Below the pieces are notes generated by a model. It worked only from the letters and a program-made list of their open reading frames with translations. It was not told the origin of the DNA and searched no databases. The position numbers and the translations under genes are program-made. A stretch of 64,000 nucleotides of DNA from a candidate division FCPU426 bacterium. Lineage in GTDB: Bacteria; Oederibacteriota; Muellerivitia; Muellerivitales; Muellerivitaceae. This document shows positions 59,238 to 64,000 of this stretch, one piece after another (position 1 is the first letter of the stretch; every line of letters begins with the position of its first letter). Location of the stretch: NCBI GenBank assembly GCA_963771075.1, contig CAVYSE010000023.1, positions 49,821-113,820 of the forward strand, written 5' to 3'.

Positions 59238-60881
59238 ATGTCTATCAAAATTGAAGATGTATTAGCTCTCTTGCCGGGAATATTCCCAGGTACCCAGCAG
59301 GTCCCACTCAAGAATATCTGCCCCAACCCCGACAACCCAGGTCCCGCCCTGACCGAGGAACAGATCCAGGAGATGGCCGATGACCTGGCCGAGCGGGGCC
59401 TTCAAAACCCAATCAAGGTCCGGCCCTTGCCGTCTAAACCCCTCCGGGAAGGGGTCGCTTTGCACCCGGAAAACCCCCGGTTGCGGGGTGACGGCCACGC
59501 CTGGGAAGTGGGGGATTTCAATTGGGAGATCCTGTCCGGGGAACTGAGATCCCGGGGGGCGGAACGCCTAGGCTGGAAGGAAATCGACGGCTATATCCTG
59601 AACCCCACCCCCGGTGAGGCGGTGGAGATCGCCTATATCGACAACAAGGTGCGTTCCCGAGGCTGGTTCGCGGATTGGAAGACCATTGAAAACAGGATCA
59701 AAGCAGAGCCTAATTTGACGCTCGACCAAGTTTCTCAAAGACTCTCGATGGATAGTAAAAGGGTCCGTTTGGCTTATCAGTGTTTGTCCTTGTTGAACCT
59801 GGATGCCAGGGGGTTAATTCCGGGAAATTCCCGGAATTCAAATAAGGGAATTTGGGGTATTTCGGAGGCGGCGGTCACCCAACTGGCCCCATTAGGCCCT
59901 GGATCGGGTCTCAAACCAGGGGTCAAGAAGGCGGGGGAGCATAGCCAGGTCTTATGGCCCTATCCCCCTATCCCGGAGGAGACAAAGGCCCTGTTTTGCC
60001 GGTGTCTGAAAATGGCTATCGACCAGGAATTGACCGAGGCGGGGGTCAAGGCCCTCGTTGCTTGGGTTCAAGAGGGCCATGAACCGGAAACCTATGGTTC
60101 AGAAGCCAAAGAGACGCCAAAATCGAATCCCAAGGTTGCCAAAGAGGTTAGCCCAGAATACCGGCATGTCCCGGTTGGCCGGACGCGTTTACCCCGCTGT
60201 TGGGCCCATATGGCCCGTCACGCCCATAAAATTGATCGGAAGGCCCTGGCCATGAAAACGACAGGGGAGGCAAAGAGAATCGGGGTCCGAACCTTGTCGG
60301 ATGAGGAAAAACTGGCCGACTCCGGCCATGATTACGAGGTGTTTGATGGCTTCCTAGAATTGGAAGCGGCCAGAAAGTTAGGGTGGCCTTCTTTGGATGC
60401 GGTTATTTACAAGATTGATGAGCGGGAAGCCCTTCATCGGATTTCCCACAGCCATAGGCATAGCCAAGTTCTGACTTGGATCGAAATATACGAAAGTGTT
60501 GAAAAGAATTTAATGGATGTATTCGAGAAAGATCCCGCTAATTTAGCCATTCGAATAGAAGAGGACCCCGTACTCATGCCAAAGGTTATGTCGGTCCTGA
60601 ACCTTCTCAACGAACCCGCAAGGAAAGCCATTTGGGAGTCGAACTTCAAGTGTTTTGAGGGAATCGTAGATATGGGGGGGTATCGGTTCGTGAAAAGTTT
60701 GACCCTTCCCCTGAAACGCCTGGAAAAAGTCTCAAAAGACCTGGCTGAAACCCAGAAAATCGTTGAGAAAGTGGTCAATGTCGCCATTGAGAATGAAATG
60801 GGAGAAGACGAAATCGAAAAGCTAGTGGATTGGGTTTGGGACGGCAACGAACCTGAGGAATATTTTGTAGAAGAGGCCTGA
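59238..60881 (+). CDS. Protein with two tandem ParB/Srx-like modules
   Basis: GGAGG RBS; VPLKNICPNPDNP, GLQNPIKVR, EILSGELR..GAERLGW; second module EVFDGFLELEAARKLGW; both halves end in AIxxE...LVxWV..G.EPE.Y. Confidence 0.75.
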   Translation: MSIKIEDVLALLPGIFPGTQQVPLKNICPNPDNPGPALTEEQIQEMADDLAERGLQNPIKVRPLPSKPLREGVALHPENPRLRGDGHAWEVGDFNWEILSGELRSRGAERLGWKEIDGYILNPTPGEAVEIAYIDNKVRSRGWFADWKTIENRIKAEPNLTLDQVSQRLSMDSKRVRLAYQCLSLLNLDARGLIPGNSRNSNKGIWGISEAAVTQLAPLGPGSGLKPGVKKAGEHSQVLWPYPPIPEETKALFCRCLKMAIDQELTEAGVKALVAWVQEGHEPETYGSEAKETPKSNPKVAKEVSPEYRHVPVGRTRLPRCWAHMARHAHKIDRKALAMKTTGEAKRIGVRTLSDEEKLADSGHDYEVFDGFLELEAARKLGWPSLDAVIYKIDEREALHRISHSHRHSQVLTWIEIYESVEKNLMDVFEKDPANLAIRIEEDPVLMPKVMSVLNLLNEPARKAIWESNFKCFEGIVDMGGYRFVKSLTLPLKRLEKVSKDLAETQKIVEKVVNVAIENEMGEDEIEKLVDWVWDGNEPEEYFVEEA

Positions 60882-60921
60882 TAGCCATCAAAAAGATGGG
60901 GAACTCACACCCGTTGATGGC

Positions 60922-60950
60922 TTGAAGAAACGTAATATATATATTACATT
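60922..60950 (+). promoter_or_regulatory. Sigma70-like promoter of the TA operon with an overlapping palindromic operator
   Basis: TTGAAG-N17-TACATT; perfect 16-bp palindrome GTAATATATATATTAC at 60932-60947. Confidence 0.65.
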
Positions 60951-60960
60951 AGGATTGGGA

Positions 60961-61299
60961 ATGGAAAACCACCCCTTTGAAGTGAAGTATTTAGAAGTTA
61001 ATGGTAAAGAGCTGTTCAAAGAGTGGCATCGCCGCTTAAAAGACGAGAAGGCCAAAGTGCGGATCCAGACGGCGGTGGATCGGATGGTGGATGGGTATTT
61101 CGGGGATCATCACGATTTACCGAACACCGGGGGCCTTTGGGAATTAAGGATTCATTACGGAAGAGGTTTCCGGGTTTATTACGGCTACCATCAGGGCGCC
61201 ATCATCGTCGTCGTTTGCGGGAGCGAGAAGGACAACCAGGATGCCGTTGTCAGGAAATCGGCCCAACATTGGGCGGCCTTCAAGAGGAGCTTAAAATGA
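60961..61299 (+). CDS. Type II TA toxin, RelE/ParE (HigB-like addiction module killer)
   Basis: FKEW..L.D..AK.RI...DRM..G.FGD, GLWELRIHYGRGFRVYY. Confidence 0.92.
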   Translation: MENHPFEVKYLEVNGKELFKEWHRRLKDEKAKVRIQTAVDRMVDGYFGDHHDLPNTGGLWELRIHYGRGFRVYYGYHQGAIIVVVCGSEKDNQDAVVRKSAQHWAAFKRSLK

Positions 61300-61676
61300 A
61301 ATTCAGGCTGGTTGACCATAAGAACTACTTATTCGAGGAATTACAAATACCCGCCCGCAGGATTGGTTACATCAATGCGGCTTGGGAAACCGGTGATTTC
61401 AAATATTTTTTGAGGGCCTTGAAGAACGTGGCCGACGCCCTGGGAGGGATGCAAAAACTTTCCAAAGAAACCCAACTGGCCCGGGAATCACTTTACACCA
61501 TGCTTTCGGACAAAGGAAACCCGACTCTTGCCAGCCTCGAAAAGGTTCTCCATTCCTTTGGGGTGAGGATTGTTTTCGAGAAGGAGAAGCCTTCAGCAGG
61601 GCGGTCGGAAAAAACAAAACAAAAGGCATCGGCTGTTCTTCAATTAGCGGAACCCCACGCCAAATATCGTCATTGA
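61296..61676 (+). CDS. Addiction-module antitoxin (HTH)
   Basis: YINAAWE.GD...FLRALKNVA...GGM..LSKETQLARESLYTMLSDKGNPTL; ATGA overlap with the toxin. Confidence 0.92.
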   Translation: MKFRLVDHKNYLFEELQIPARRIGYINAAWETGDFKYFLRALKNVADALGGMQKLSKETQLARESLYTMLSDKGNPTLASLEKVLHSFGVRIVFEKEKPSAGRSEKTKQKASAVLQLAEPHAKYRH

Positions 61677-61713
61677 GTTGGGAACCTTTTGGTATGGACT
61701 GTCTTCATGAAAG

Positions 61714-61822
61714 CGAAAAGCTGGTGGATTGGGTCAGGGATGGCAACGAACCTGAAGAATATTTTGTAGATGAGGCCGAATTGGATGAGTCTTTGGGTGC
61801 GATAATGGGTGAACGCGAGTAG
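61714..61822 (+). pseudogene. Duplicated 3' end of the ParB-like gene (61714-61777 matches 60815-60878)
   Basis: 58/64 nt identity by eye; reads EKLVDWVRDGNEPEEYFVDEA ELDESLGAIMGERE-stop. Confidence 0.88.
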
Positions 61823-62071
61823 AAATACTCAATGTGTTGAATGTTGGCCAGGTACCTTTTTTTGTTCGTAAGCGGGAAAGAAGAAAGAGTTCGGCTGCTT
61901 ATAGTGGTTTCCTTCGTGGATGATTCGGCTTGAACGGCCTTATCGGCGACGGAATTACTTCCTTGGGCGAAGGAGAAAAGGAAACATAAAACGGTGAGTA
62001 AGATTATTTGCATGAATTGTCCGGAAATAAAAAAGCGGTGGGATAGGAATCCCAACCGTTTTAAATGACGG

Positions 62072-62419
62072 TTAATTATTGTTGTCGGTAGTTTCGCCTA
62101 CAGTGGCTGTGTTTTTATCCAACATCAGATTGAGTTGATTTTGCTGATCTGTAGTCACGTCCCTGCTTTTATTTTCTTTCAAAAACGCTTTCTCCTGTTT
62201 GCGGACGTTTTCCAAACTATCAAGCAAGAAACCCTCTTGGGATTGAGAAAATTTCTTGGAATTCCGGCCTGTCTCGATCAGATACCATTGATTCCTTATC
62301 CGAAGGTTGATTTGCCGGATATGAGGATGTTTTGAGACGACGGGAGTAGGTTTGGTTGTAGGCTCGGCGTAAAGAACTGAAGTGATTAAAAGGGCGAGAG
62401 TAAAGAATAGACGTTTCAT
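62072..62419 (-). CDS. Small secreted hypothetical protein
   Basis: GGAGG RBS, signal peptide MKRLFFTLALLITSVLYA, helical mature part. Confidence 0.75.
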   Translation of the reverse strand: MKRLFFTLALLITSVLYAEPTTKPTPVVSKHPHIRQINLRIRNQWYLIETGRNSKKFSQSQEGFLLDSLENVRKQEKAFLKENKSRDVTTDQQNQLNLMLDKNTATVGETTDNNN

Positions 62420-62898
62420 AATGGACATCCTCCGAATTTATATTCCAAACAACACTATTGTAATTGACAGTACTTTGATAGAAACATTTTTAGATATGAA
62501 TATTCATTGATTTTACAACATGATCAATTTCAAGGAATATTGTTGAATTTAAACTGAAAGAATCGGCCTGGGGATGGGCGGTATTGAGCTATCTTAAGAG
62601 TTCTTGTCCATCAACAACGGTTGTAACTGTTTAGAGAACGAAAAAAGATACCCGGTATAAAAAGGAAAATAGGAATGGTTTTATAAAATTACAGTCCTAA
62701 TTTTGTCTTAAAAATTACTACGGTTTTAACCGAGAATTAAATTGGCAGCGCCACAAGCTGGTGATATTGTCATAAACGTTAAGTGCACAATAAGGGCAAC
62801 GTTATATACAGGGAAATTTGCATGAATCAATTGAAACTCAATTCCCTTTCCTCTCTCCACTCATACGATCAAAAATTCAGAAATATTGGAGTTCGCCT

Positions 62899-64000
62899 AT
62901 GACAAAGATCAGACGATGGGTTGTTTGGAAACTTTTATTTTCGAGTCCTTTTATTATTGCTTCATTTGTTCTCTCTCTATTGTCTTCAAAGGCCGTGCAT
63001 TCTCAAACACCATTGCCCGAACAAGATAAATATGTTTTCAAACATTACATGTTGATTCCTTGGGGCGAGGGTAAAGGGAAGCTTACTTTAAGACTTGAGC
63101 AAGAGAAGATTCATTTGCCTTCCCCTGACACGCCCAAATGGGCGTTAGAAAAAAACAAGGCATACTACAACGCGACTGTAACAATGCAATATGCCCCCCC
63201 AACGTTTAAGCTGGACGACGATGGAAATGTGTATGTTCCCGGATTATTTTGCTAAACCACAGGTTCTTAAAAAATTCGACATGAAAGGGAACGAGGCCGC
63301 TAGTATTGAGATTAATCCCAGGGAAAAGTTGAATTTTTTATTTTGGATTCAGGATGACAAAATCATTCTTAAAAATGGTATAGCTCATGAAGTGGAATAT
63401 TTAAGACGGAGTGACCTCTCTGTATTGAAGAAATTCTCAATTCCGAAAGAATATGATATGACTTTTTCAAAAGCAATAAACGGCGTTCTCCTCAAACGAA
63501 CTGGGGTGGAACCCAATAAACCATCGGTTTTTGTCTTTGATGAGGAAGAAAGAAAAGCAAACCCTGCCGCCGAGAATGATTATTTATATGACTTCAGTGA
63601 TGGCAAGCATATCGGGTTAAATTTGGGACAAATGGAGATTTTGAATTTATCCTCGAAAGTCAAAGAGTGGACAAATGAAAAAATTTGGGACTGGAATTCT
63701 GAATATCAGGATAAATTTGGAAATATTTTCCTAACTGCAACAACCGATATTGAGCATTGGCCTGCAGTGCATTGGAATGAAAACAAAAAAGGTATTTATG
63801 AAACGACTATATTTAAAACCGATAAATCCGGGTCATTGCTTCTTACCATGAAGATAAAATTGCCAACCTTAGGAGAATTGGCCCCAGGAATACACAAGCT
63901 TGCCTTTGTTTTTGATAAAAATGGAAATATTTATTATTGCTGGGGTGGTAAAGATGGGTTCCATATTGATGAATACCAATATTTAAATGAAAAAGAATAA
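62899..64000 (+). CDS. AT-rich exported hypothetical protein, possible beta-propeller; frameshift near 63240
   Basis: N-terminal hydrophobic segment; repeated LDDDGNVY, QDKFGNIF and FDKNGNIY motifs across two overlapping ORFs. Confidence 0.6.

Noticed and set aside
61705..62055. 116-aa minus-strand ORF
   Set aside because: Its Ser-rich end is the antisense of the duplicated ParB 3' fragment; no independent support.

Overview
Bacterial genomic window (mostly moderately GC-rich, with several AT-rich inserts). About 1-38 kb is a large cell-surface polysaccharide locus. It holds two flippases, CDP-3,6-dideoxyhexose genes rfbF-rfbG-rfbH followed by a ThDP-dependent enzyme, an orphan NeuB-like synthase and an SDR, then rfbB-rfbA-rfbC, many GT2/GT4 enzymes, a Wzy/ligase, a WcaJ-like priming transferase and a sugar methyltransferase split by an IS4-family element with a 9-bp target duplication. 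The locus ends with a TPR gene, a GT2 plus BshC-like pair and dut. About 39.7-51.3 kb is an ArsR / HTH-PTS-IIA / Hyf-like operon with two HyfB paralogues and a large subunit lacking the NiFe cysteines (Ehr type). Next come an MCP with a stand-alone Cache-like protein, a GH5, an LpoA-like lipoprotein and hisS. After the hisS terminator is an accessory region with a tandem-ParB-domain gene, a type II toxin-antitoxin pair and AT-rich hypothetical genes. Intergenic regions carry three families of short inverted-repeat elements; the heptamer family is seen both around genes and empty. Two genes have a diverged copy of their own 3' end downstream of an inserted cassette. Several genes carry indel-only frameshifts that are probably assembly errors. 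I recognised no rRNA, tRNA or CRISPR array. All calls come from motif recognition by eye; no database search was run.
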